Positions 1-8,413 of a stretch of DNA of 32,051 nucleotides are shown piece by piece. The first letter of the stretch is position 1; the number at the start of each line of letters is the position of its first letter. Under the pieces are notes generated by a model. It made no database searches. It was not told the origin of the DNA and saw only the letters and a list, made by a program, of their open reading frames with translations. Made by a program: the position numbers and the translations under genes. Origin of the DNA: a virus. Taxonomy: Duplodnaviria; Caudoviricetes. The stretch lies in the IMG/VR virus record IMGVR_UViG_3300025621_001011, positions 1 through 32,051 of that record; one strand, given 5' to 3'.

Positions 1-596
1 TGTATCATATTAATATTAAAAAACACAGCATAAGGTGCATCTAATTCTAAGTCTAATATCCAATTAGGATTTAATTTTGTTTCATCTATCCATTGTATTC
101 CTTCTATATGGGATATAACATCATGTGGTATTATTCCTATTTTATGAGATCCAGGTATAATTCTTAAACATCCATTTTCTTTATTTGTATTTTGAAAATA
201 TAGAGCACAACTAATTATATTATCAGGATCACCATTAAAATAAAAGTTATCTTGGTGTAAAAATGTTGATACTCCTACTTTGGGTTTCATTGGAAAAAAT
301 TTAGATATATAAACATCTAATGTTTCTTCTGTATTTATTAATTGTTTGGCTGTATTTACAAGGATTTTATTCTTTGCTATTTTTAAAAACTCAGGTTCAT
401 ACTCGCATGCCCCTTCTATTTTATTTAGGTTAGTAGGACTATTTAATCTATAGTTACCTTCATGTTCCGTTAAATTAAGAGAATATTTATAGTGTTTTTG
501 GGATATTTTTAATAGATCCTTTAATTCATCTTCGGATAAAAAGTCTTTTATTATTACATATCCTAACTCATTAAATTTATTTATATTAAAGTTCAT
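1..596 (-). CDS. PhyH-family Fe(II)/2-oxoglutarate dioxygenase, partial (runs off the left edge; not in the ORF track)
   Basis: Manual translation from ATG at 596: MNFNINKFNELGYVIIKDFLSEDEL...STFLHQDNFYF...ENGCLRIIPGSHK...AVFFNINMI(H). It shows the GYVII start, the HxD iron motif, NGCLxxIPGSH and the likely distal His typical of PhyH. The start overlaps the stop of the upstream GT25 gene. Confidence 0.85.
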   Translation of the reverse strand, partial: MNFNINKFNELGYVIIKDFLSEDELKDLLKISQKHYKYSLNLTEHEGNYRLNSPTNLNKIEGACEYEPEFLKIAKNKILVNTAKQLINTEETLDVYISKFFPMKPKVGVSTFLHQDNFYFNGDPDNIISCALYFQNTNKENGCLRIIPGSHKIGIIPHDVISHIEGIQWIDETKLNPNWILDLELDAPYAVFFNINMI

Positions 597-1926
597 AATT
601 TTCTTTTTTAATTACCCAACTATTATCAAATATTATAGCTTTAGGGGGAGCGTCTTGTATATTGTTACCACCTATAAAACCCTTTTTAGAAATTTTAGGA
701 AAATACCTTTTAATTAAAGGTTTAATATTTTCTTGTTTTCTATTATTAATATAAAGAAATAATAAATCATCAAAAGATTCAGAAATTAAAGTGGGGTCTT
801 GATTTATATGGTTGATATTTTTATGGAAATAATTGTTATTATTAAATCCTATTTTTATATCTTCCCAAGTTAAATTATGTTTAATATTAAATTCATCTTC
901 TCCCTTAAGGGGATCAATAGCATATATATTAGAAAATAAACCACTAGAACCAAAATAAAAAGTATTTTCTCCTAAATGGCTGTTTATTTCTACCATTTTT
1001 CCTCTTTGATTCAAATTTTTAGATAAAAAATCTATTAATCTAATTATACTAAAAAAGTTAAGGTTTAGTTTATCCTTGCTAGAAAAATTTTGAATCCCAA
1101 ATTTAGGTTCTGATAAGACAATTTCTGTGTATTCATCTACTTCTTTTGGATGTTTTATATATTTAGCTATGTTTTTATTTAAGATATTACCATTTTCATC
1201 AAAAGAAATACCAACCCTTCCCCCTCCTTTTCTAAATTCATTGAAAAAGGTGTCTGAATCAGATACACTTGAATGGGAAAGATCGGATATTTGGAGAAAA
1301 ATACTATTTTTTAATGTAAAAGAATTATGAGTATTATAAAATTGTTCTAGGTACACATCCGCTGCGTTTTTAATAGGTAAGACCTTATTAGTTAAAACTT
1401 TGAGCATATGATTAGTTGCAATATAAGAATGGGCTCCTTCCCAATTTGAACTAGGGGTTGGGAGAGTTAAATATTTTCCAACATTTAAACCCTCAGTATT
1501 TTGATTTTTTTTACCTAAATGAATTAAATCGTAATTAGAATTTTCAATTTCATTAATAATTTTAGAGTATTCATCAGTAAAAGTATTGTCGGTATTTAGT
1601 ATTGGTTTATGTAAAATAATATCATCTTCTAAAAATAAAGCATTTTTTACACCATCAGATAAAGCCTGATCCCATGCCTTTTTATGGGATAGAGCACAAG
1701 CAAATACTCCCATAGTTACCATACCATTAGGATCAAAAAAAGAGGAATTTAATATTTTATCTTTTAACAATTGTTCTTGGTTAAGGTCTTTACCATCTAT
1801 TGCTTCTATAAAAGTAAAATCAATATTAGGAAAATTATCTATTAAAGTTTTTTTTCTGTCTAGTCTGCGTTTTAGGTTTATAACATAGATTTTATCAAAA
1901 CCAAGTGTAGAGTATTTTGTATTCAT
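586..1926 (-). CDS. Glycosyltransferase family 25 fused to a degenerate class I SAM-methyltransferase-like C-terminal domain
   Basis: N-half has GFDKIYVINLKRRLDR, EAIDGK, GVFACALSH, LFLEDD and YDLIHLG (GT25 motifs). C-half has MVEINSHLGEN..IYAIDP..LFLYINN..YFPKISKKGFIGG, a Methyltransf_24-like layout with altered key residues. Confidence 0.85.
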   Translation of the reverse strand: MNTKYSTLGFDKIYVINLKRRLDRKKTLIDNFPNIDFTFIEAIDGKDLNQEQLLKDKILNSSFFDPNGMVTMGVFACALSHKKAWDQALSDGVKNALFLEDDIILHKPILNTDNTFTDEYSKIINEIENSNYDLIHLGKKNQNTEGLNVGKYLTLPTPSSNWEGAHSYIATNHMLKVLTNKVLPIKNAADVYLEQFYNTHNSFTLKNSIFLQISDLSHSSVSDSDTFFNEFRKGGGRVGISFDENGNILNKNIAKYIKHPKEVDEYTEIVLSEPKFGIQNFSSKDKLNLNFFSIIRLIDFLSKNLNQRGKMVEINSHLGENTFYFGSSGLFSNIYAIDPLKGEDEFNIKHNLTWEDIKIGFNNNNYFHKNINHINQDPTLISESFDDLLFLYINNRKQENIKPLIKRYFPKISKKGFIGGNNIQDAPPKAIIFDNSWVIKKENYEL

Positions 1927-1927
1927 A

Positions 1928-2962
1928 TTATAAGGAATCTAAGAAAAAATGGTATTTTTCTTTTAAAAAATTATCATTTAAAAACTTTATATTATTAACT
2001 TCTTGGTACAATATATCCTTTAAATCACTATCAGAAGTATTTTTAATTTGTATAATAGTTTTTGTTATTTCATTGTAATTACACTTAGATATAAAGGGGT
2101 AATTTGGTAAAAATTCGGATATTGGCAAATTTGGGGATATTATAGGTACCATACCATTTACCATACTATATAATGTTTGTAAATCAAAAGAATTATAAAG
2201 TCCTATATTAGCATATATATGGTTAGTTTTATAAAAATTACTGAAGTTTCTTAATTGACCTTTAAAACTGATATTAGAATGTAATGCCGTTGCATTATTT
2301 ATTAAAGGTTGAGTTGTAAATGGACTTCTTCCATGTTTCCCATATATTTTCAAATTATAGTCAGATAAAGAGGCTAATGAAGGAATTAAATGCCCAAACC
2401 CATTATTAAATGAAGGTATACCATTAAATCCTATATTATTATTAGGTTTAAAATAGGAAGGATTAAAGGTAATAGATTTTTCTTTTCCTAAAGAAGGGGG
2501 AATTATTGTTACTTTTTTATTACTTTGGATTTCGTAATAGTTTGTAAAAAGATTAAAGTCTAAATTACTATAAAAAATTAAGGCATCAGCATAATCGTTG
2601 TATAATGTATTTTGGGAATTTTTTGATAAAGAGTTATATGATGAATCAGATTTAAAATTATAATGTTTTAAAATATCAACATCTATATTTTTATGTATTT
2701 CAGGAATAGTATCAATTACAAAAATTTTAGGGATAGAAATATTATCTAAAAAGGGAGTAAGGGATAGTAAAGAAGTTACTTTAAAATCTAATAATACTAA
2801 AACATGAGTATAGTTTTTGTTTATACTATATGATAAATTTACATCAGATATTGAATATATATCTTTTTGTTGAAGGTTTAATGTAGAAATTAAATTATCT
2901 AAAATAAATAATTCATTCACATACCCCCTATCAATATAGTTTGTAATTATACATATCTTCAT
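1928..2962 (-). CDS. Putative GT-B fold (GT4-like) glycosyltransferase
   Basis: MKICIIT start (ATG at 2962; the track starts at TTG 2977). Also TIIPPSL, IGFNG, LKIYG, NISFKG, and SFDLQTLYSMVNGMVPII, which resembles the E-x-F-G-x-x-x-x-E-A-M-x-x-G-x-P-V-I motif but is degenerate. Confidence 0.65.
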   Translation of the reverse strand: MKICIITNYIDRGYVNELFILDNLISTLNLQQKDIYSISDVNLSYSINKNYTHVLVLLDFKVTSLLSLTPFLDNISIPKIFVIDTIPEIHKNIDVDILKHYNFKSDSSYNSLSKNSQNTLYNDYADALIFYSNLDFNLFTNYYEIQSNKKVTIIPPSLGKEKSITFNPSYFKPNNNIGFNGIPSFNNGFGHLIPSLASLSDYNLKIYGKHGRSPFTTQPLINNATALHSNISFKGQLRNFSNFYKTNHIYANIGLYNSFDLQTLYSMVNGMVPIISPNLPISEFLPNYPFISKCNYNEITKTIIQIKNTSDSDLKDILYQEVNNIKFLNDNFLKEKYHFFLDSL

Positions 2963-2968
2963 AGGGGG

Positions 2969-2978
2969 AATATACAAA
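2969..2978 (-). promoter_or_regulatory. TTTGTATATT box, variant of the TTCGTATATT motif, upstream of the glycosyltransferase cluster
   Basis: One mismatch to the copies at 27133 and 28479; lies 6 nt upstream of ATG 2962. Confidence 0.4.
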
Positions 2979-2984
2979 AATATT

Positions 2985-5900
2985 TTAGATATCCCTACTT
3001 ATTTTTAATTCTAATTCTTCTACTTTAACTGTTAAGTCTTTAATTGCTTCAATTAATAAAGGTACAATTTTTTCATAGTTAACGGCTTTATATCCACTAT
3101 CTCTAGTTGTAACAGCTTCTGGTAGTATTGCTTCTATTTCTTGTGCAATTACTCCTACATCTTTACCTGTATTACCGTGTATAGTTTTTGTTTCTTCTTT
3201 AGTTAATTCTTTCCAATCAAATGTATTACCACTTACTCCAATTACTTTACATAAAGAATTTTCTATAGGTTTAATATTACATTTTAATCTTTTATCAGAA
3301 GTAGCATAAGCTACAATATCATTTGTTGCATCAATTCTACCTGTAGTTGTATTACAAGCATTTCCAGTACCCCCTACATTTAAATGATTTCTAACATGAG
3401 AACATTGAGTATAAAAGGTACAATTTTGATTTGAAGATAAGTTATAACCAGCAAGAAAGGAATAATCATGACCATTAATGTAATTGCTATACCCACCTAA
3501 TATAGCACTACAATTAGCACCATTACATATACAATTTAGTCTACCTCCTAAGATAGCAGAGGTGTTAGAATTATAAATTTTATTCGTAGTACCTCCAACA
3601 ATAGAACTCTTAGGTGAACTTACACAAATTACATTGAAATCTCCTGCACCTATAAAACTACAATTTGTACCTGTTTGACAGATGCAGTTGTTACATCCTG
3701 CAACTATAGCACTATTACCAACACAAGTATTAATTTTATTGGCACCTCCTGCTCCTATAAAATTTCCTGAACAAGCAGTATTATTATTGACTATACAATT
3801 TACTGATCCTCCTGCTATTACACTAGTTTTACCACTGGATATATAATTTCTACAACCACCACCAATAAAACTTTCAGTTGAACTTGAACCTGTGTTTTTT
3901 AATCCACCAGCTATAGAAAATCTAGTAGCTGAATTTGTTTGGCTACTTCCTATAGTTATTTGCATAGCCCTAATTTGAGCTAATGCATCTCCATCACCCT
4001 CTGTAAAGACATGACATTCACCAGGAGTAGCATAAACGTTTTGGGCACCATAACCAGCTAAATTATTTAAATCATAAGATATGTTTCCAAAACTATCTCC
4101 ATCATAATCAAGTATGAATTTCTGGCCTTCATTAATGGCTATATTTTGGGAATCGTTATGTAATATGTTACCATCAAATGTTAAACTACCTTCAGCATTT
4201 AATTGGCCTTGTGTACCTGTTGAAGTTGTAACTCTGTTGTTACCTAAATTTGTTATAGTAGCTGTTCCGCTTGTTCCTGAAGAACCTGAAGAACCTGAGT
4301 TACCTGATGTTCCTGAAGAACCTGAAGAACCTGAGTTACCACTTGATCCTGAACTACCTGAAGTACCAGAGTTACCGCTTGTTCCTGATGAACCACTAGA
4401 ACCTGAGTTACCACTTGATCCTGAACTACCTGAAGTACCAGAGTTACCGCTTGTTCCTGATGAACCACTAGAACCACTTGTACCACTTGATCCTGAACTA
4501 CCTGAAGTACCAGAGTTACCGCTTGTTCCTGATGAACCACTAGAACCACTTGTACCACTTGATCCTGATGAACCACTTGAACCTGAGTTACCACTTGATC
4601 CTGAACTACCTGAAGTACCAGAGTTACCGCTTGTTCCTGATGAACCACTAGAACCTGAGGTTCCTGATGAACCACTAGAACCTGATGTTCCTGGGGTACC
4701 TGTTCCACCACTTGTTCCTGAAGAACCTGAACTACCCGATGAACCTGAACTACCGGATGAACCCGAAGTTCCTGAATTTCCTGATGAACCAGATGTACCA
4801 CTTGATCCAGATGAACCTGAAGTTCCAGATGAACCACTTGATCCTGAGTTTCCTGAAGAACCACTTGTTCCTGAAGATCCTGATGATCCACTTGTTCCTG
4901 AAGAACCTGATGAACCAGATGAACCACTTGAGCCTGATGTACCACTTGAGCCTGAACTACCACTTGAGCCTGAACTACCACTTGAGCCTGAACTACCTGA
5001 GGTTCCACTTGAAGCGGCATTTGTTTCATATCCTACATTACCACTTGAATCTACAACTAATACATCATTACTAGTTGTTATATTAGGTAAATTAGGGGCA
5101 TTTAAAGTACCATCAATCATTGTTAAACCTGAACCACTTACAGATAAGATTGGAACACCTGATATATCAGATGCTGCAAATACTATCCCTGTCAAATCAT
5201 CTGTTACTGAAAATAATTGACCTTGAGATCCTTGTACATCTAAAATTGTGCTACCTGATCCTGATACTGTAAGTTTAGTACCATCAAATGTAAAATTAGC
5301 TTCAGCATTTAATGCACCTTGAGTTCCTGTTGATGTAGTTACTCTATTGTTACCTAAATTTGTTATTGTTGCTGTACCACTTGTTCCTGATGAACCAGAT
5401 GTTCCTGATGAACCACTTGAACCTGAGGAACCACTTGAACCTGAAGTTCCAGATGAACCACTTGAACCTGAAGAGCCTGAAGAGCCTGAAGAACCAGATG
5501 AACCACTTGAACCAGATGTTCCTGAGGAACCTGAAGAGCCTGAATTTCCTGATGAACCTGATGTACCTGATGATCCACTTGAACCTGAAGTTCCAGATGA
5601 ACCACTTGATCCTGAGTTTCCTGAAGAACCACTTGTTCCTGAAGAACCACTTGAACCTGAAGAACCTGAAGTACCACTATTACCTGAACTACCTGATGAA
5701 CCCGAAGTTCCACTTGAACCAGATGTTCCTGATGTACCATCATCTCCTCTATCACCTACTAAGGCGAAAGAAACAATTACATCTTCATTATTAGTAAATG
5801 GGGATGCAGCTGATGATGCTTGTTCACTTATGTTTATTGTCCAATATACACCTAAGTCTGTTAGGTTTGATATTGAAAACAATATAAAATTTTCTGGAGC

Positions 5901-7895
5901 GAATTTATCCGCTATTCTCATATGACCCTTTACTGCTGATGTAGAGGCATCAATACTCTCTAAAAATGACTGTATATTATCACCATCTTCTGTAGTCTGA
6001 CTAATAATGGATAATGTAGATGCGTTTTGTGTAGTGTTATTTAATCTTATATCTCCATTACCTGGATCAGCAGTACCTGTTGCTGTGTCAAATGTATAAT
6101 TAAAAGTAGCACCACCAAAATTACCATCTTGTCCTGATGTACCACTTGACCCAGATGAACCTGAAGTTCCCGATGAACCTGAAGTACCACTTGAGCCTGA
6201 AGAACCACTTGAGCCTGAACTACCTGAAGTACCAGATGACCCTGATGAGCCACTTGTTCCTGATGAACCTGATGAGCCTGAAGTTCCTGATGTACCACTT
6301 GATCCTGTATTTCCTGAAGTTCCAGATGAACCACTTGATCCTGAGTTTCCTGAAGAACCTGAAGAACCTGAAGTACCAGAGTTACCGCTTGTTCCTGATG
6401 AACCCGATGAGCCGGAGTTACCACTTGTTCCAGAGGAACCTGATGAACCATCTGAACCTGAAGTTCCTGAAGTACCAGATGACCCTGAAGAACCACTTGT
6501 GCCTGATGAGCCTGAAGAACCACTTGTTCCAGGATTACCTTGGACACCACTTGTTCCTGATGAACCACTTGAACCACTTGTTCCTGATGAACCTGAAGAA
6601 CCGTTTGAACCTGAAGTTCCTGAAGTTCCTGAAGAACCGGTATTACCTGAAGTACCTGATGTACCGGATGAACCAGATGAACCTGAGTTACCACTTGTTC
6701 CTGAAGAACCAGATGAACCATCTGAACCTGAAGTTCCTGAAGTTCCGGATGAACCTGAACTACCTGATGTTCCTGAAGTTCCTGAAGAACCTGTATTACC
6801 TGAAGTTCCTGAAGAACCACTTGATCCTGATGAACCTGATGTACCACTTGTTCCTGGGTTACCTTGGACACCACTTGTTCCTGATGAACCACTAGAACCA
6901 CTTGTTCCTGAAGAACCTGAACTACCTGATGTTCCTGAAGTTCCCGAAGAACCAGTATTACCTGAAGTTCCTGAAGATCCACTTGAGCCTGATGTACCTG
7001 ATGAGCCCGAACTTCCTGAAGTACCTGATGAGCCTGATGAACCTGAAGTGCCTGAAGAGCCTGAGCTACCGCTTGTACCTGATGAACCTGAGCTACCTTT
7101 ATCACCTATAAGTTCAATAGCCATAAAGGTAGCATCGCTATTACCTACATTATTCCAACCACTTTTATCAATATGAGTGATATCTAATGTTCTCCAACCA
7201 CCATTATCTGTTTGGGCAGTAACATATGCTGAATCATAATATATTTGATTTGATTCTAATCTAAATGTTATAACAGATTTATTATTATTTGTAGAATCTG
7301 TTAGAGTACCTAATATTGGGTCTATACCTAATCCATCTAAATCAGTCTCACTAATATAAACTTCAGTAGCTGCAGCCGGGTCAGCGGCGTTAAATCTAAA
7401 TTTACCTGAGCCTGGGTCTGCTGATGTTGTAGATGTAGAGTATTCTATACGGAATCCATAAGTGGAAACACCTGAAGTACCAGATGTACCTGAACTACCT
7501 GATGAACCACTTGTTCCTGAAGAACCAGATGAACCATCTGAACCTGAAGTTCCTGATGTACCCGAAGAACCTGAAGAACCTGATGTGCCTGAAGAACCAG
7601 ATGAACCATCTGAACCTGAAGTACCTGATGTACCGGATGAACCAGATGAACCACTTGTTCCTGAAGAACCACTAGAACCACTTGAACCTGATGAGCCACT
7701 TGAACCTGAACTACCATTTGAACCAGAAGTACCAGAAGTACCACTAGATGCAGCATTTTCTCTGGTACCTACAGTACCATCACTATTTATTACAAGCGTT
7801 GTGTTTTCAGATCCTTGAGTTGAAAGACCTGTTAATTTAATTTCATTTAACTCAGCATTACTACCACTAAGTATTACTTTTTTCCAATTTGGCAT
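2985..7895 (-). CDS. Long fibre protein (1636 aa) with Gly-X-Y (GSS/GTS) repeat tracts, a Cys-rich beta-helix-like region and a C-terminal peptidase S74 intramolecular chaperone
   Basis: Four tracts with Gly at every third residue. Repeats of S-x-I-x-G-G-x-x-N-x-I near the C-terminus. C-terminal YAT|SDKRLKCNIKPIE...VGVIAQEIEAILPEAV...YKAVNYEKIVPLLIEAIKDL matches the S74 signature. Confidence 0.88.
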   Translation of the reverse strand: MPNWKKVILSGSNAELNEIKLTGLSTQGSENTTLVINSDGTVGTRENAASSGTSGTSGSNGSSGSSGSSGSSGSSGSSGTSGSSGSSGTSGTSGSDGSSGSSGTSGSSGSSGTSGTSGSDGSSGSSGTSGSSGSSGTSGTSGVSTYGFRIEYSTSTTSADPGSGKFRFNAADPAAATEVYISETDLDGLGIDPILGTLTDSTNNNKSVITFRLESNQIYYDSAYVTAQTDNGGWRTLDITHIDKSGWNNVGNSDATFMAIELIGDKGSSGSSGTSGSSGSSGTSGSSGSSGTSGSSGSSGTSGSSGSSGTSGNTGSSGTSGTSGSSGSSGTSGSSGSSGTSGVQGNPGTSGTSGSSGSSGSSGTSGNTGSSGTSGTSGSSGSSGTSGTSGSDGSSGSSGTSGNSGSSGSSGTSGTSGNTGSSGTSGTSGSNGSSGSSGTSGSSGSSGTSGVQGNPGTSGSSGSSGTSGSSGSSGTSGTSGSDGSSGSSGTSGNSGSSGSSGTSGNSGTSGSSGSSGNSGSSGSSGTSGNTGSSGTSGTSGSSGSSGTSGSSGSSGTSGSSGSSGSSGSSGTSGSSGTSGSSGSSGTSGQDGNFGGATFNYTFDTATGTADPGNGDIRLNNTTQNASTLSIISQTTEDGDNIQSFLESIDASTSAVKGHMRIADKFAPENFILFSISNLTDLGVYWTINISEQASSAASPFTNNEDVIVSFALVGDRGDDGTSGTSGSSGTSGSSGSSGNSGTSGSSGSSGSSGTSGSSGNSGSSGSSGTSGSSGSSGTSGSSGNSGSSGSSGTSGSSGSSGSSGSSGSSGSSGSSGTSGSSGSSGSSGSSGTSGSSGTSGTATITNLGNNRVTTSTGTQGALNAEANFTFDGTKLTVSGSGSTILDVQGSQGQLFSVTDDLTGIVFAASDISGVPILSVSGSGLTMIDGTLNAPNLPNITTSNDVLVVDSSGNVGYETNAASSGTSGSSGSSGSSGSSGSSGSSGTSGSSGSSGSSGSSGTSGSSGSSGTSGSSGNSGSSGSSGTSGSSGSSGTSGSSGNSGTSGSSGSSGSSGSSGSSGTSGGTGTPGTSGSSGSSGTSGSSGSSGTSGNSGTSGSSGSSGNSGSSGSSGSSGTSGSSGSSGTSGNSGTSGSSGSSGTSGSSGSSGTSGNSGTSGSSGSSGNSGSSGSSGTSGNSGTSGSSGSSGNSGSSGSSGTSGNSGSSGSSGTSGTATITNLGNNRVTTSTGTQGQLNAEGSLTFDGNILHNDSQNIAINEGQKFILDYDGDSFGNISYDLNNLAGYGAQNVYATPGECHVFTEGDGDALAQIRAMQITIGSSQTNSATRFSIAGGLKNTGSSSTESFIGGGCRNYISSGKTSVIAGGSVNCIVNNNTACSGNFIGAGGANKINTCVGNSAIVAGCNNCICQTGTNCSFIGAGDFNVICVSSPKSSIVGGTTNKIYNSNTSAILGGRLNCICNGANCSAILGGYSNYINGHDYSFLAGYNLSSNQNCTFYTQCSHVRNHLNVGGTGNACNTTTGRIDATNDIVAYATSDKRLKCNIKPIENSLCKVIGVSGNTFDWKELTKEETKTIHGNTGKDVGVIAQEIEAILPEAVTTRDSGYKAVNYEKIVPLLIEAIKDLTVKVEELELKISRDI
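4265..7748 (-). repeat. Four blocks of degenerate 9-bp tandem repeats encoding Gly-Ser/Thr-Ser triplets (approx. 7470-7748, 6125-7097, 5375-5740, 4265-5010)
   Basis: The plus strand reads (cctgaagaa/ccacttgaa/cctgatgaa/ccacttgtt)n and the protein reads (SSG/TSG)n. Confidence 0.95.
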
Positions 7896-7905
7896 ATCAT
7901 TCTTA

Positions 7906-7952
7906 TTAGGTTGGTTACTGACTGTTCAGTCCACTTCCCTTGCGGGCCGTAA
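7906..7952 (-). promoter_or_regulatory. Candidate structured 5' leader RNA of the long fibre gene
   Basis: GC-rich island UUACGG-CCC-GCAA-GGG-AAG-UGGACUGAACAGUCAGUAACCA-ACCUAA lying between the ATATTTATAA box and the ATG. It has a GNRA-capped stem and a second stem. Confidence 0.45.
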
Positions 7953-7957
7953 TATAG

Positions 7958-7967
7958 TTATAAATAT
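7958..7967 (-). promoter_or_regulatory. ATATTTATAA putative late-promoter box
   Basis: Exact copy of the recurrent intergenic motif; upstream of the fibre gene. Confidence 0.65.
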
Positions 7968-7984
7968 GGTTTTAATATTCCCTA

Positions 7985-8170
7985 TTAACTAGGAGGGGGA
8001 GGTATTTTTTCTTCTTCTAATTGTTGTTCAATACTTTCAATTTTTTGATTTAATTTTACTTGTATTGTACCTATAAAGATAGCATCGATACCTGTAATTG
8101 GAATGTAATCAGTTGATTTTCTAAGAGCACGTAATTCTCTTAGAGATAAACCTGTTAGATTGTAAGACAT
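7985..8170 (-). CDS. Small hypothetical protein (possible fibre assembly chaperone), paralog of the neighbouring ORF
   Basis: 61-aa ORF packed between the fibre genes; aligns without gaps to the 8173 ORF. Confidence 0.65.
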   Translation of the reverse strand: MSYNLTGLSLRELRALRKSTDYIPITGIDAIFIGTIQVKLNQKIESIEQQLEEEKIPPPPS

Positions 8171-8172
8171 AA

Positions 8173-8376
8173 CTATATATTTTTATATTTTTCTTGAATT
8201 TTTAAAGTTAAATTATAAAGTATCTCTACATATTCTCCTTTAAATAACCCATTTTTAATAGTAAGTAATATTAATTCAATTTCTTTTTCTGTTAATTCTA
8301 TATTGTGAGTTAAAGGAGTACCCACTTTTTCAGTAGGTACTCCTTTTATTTCAACTTTATTAGATTTAAATCCCAT
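8173..8376 (-). CDS. Small hypothetical protein (possible fibre assembly chaperone)
   Basis: Likely start MGFKSNKVEI at ATG 8376 (the track gives TTG 8403). An ATATTTATAT box lies at 8424-8433 upstream. Confidence 0.65.
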   Translation of the reverse strand: MGFKSNKVEIKGVPTEKVGTPLTHNIELTEKEIELILLTIKNGLFKGEYVEILYNLTLKIQEKYKNI

Positions 8377-8413
8377 AAACCTTTTTATTTTTTTTAAAAA
8401 CAATTTTTATATA

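Noticed and set aside
4265-7748. Repeat tracts as a CRISPR array, DGR, or ice-nucleation protein
   Set aside because: There are no unique spacers, no RT or TR/VR pair, and no AGYGST-type octapeptide. They are in-frame coding triplets.
7906-7952. Leader element as a hammerhead ribozyme, known riboswitch or terminator
   Set aside because: It lacks the CUGAnGA/GAAA core and a U-tract, and matches no aptamer consensus I can recognise.
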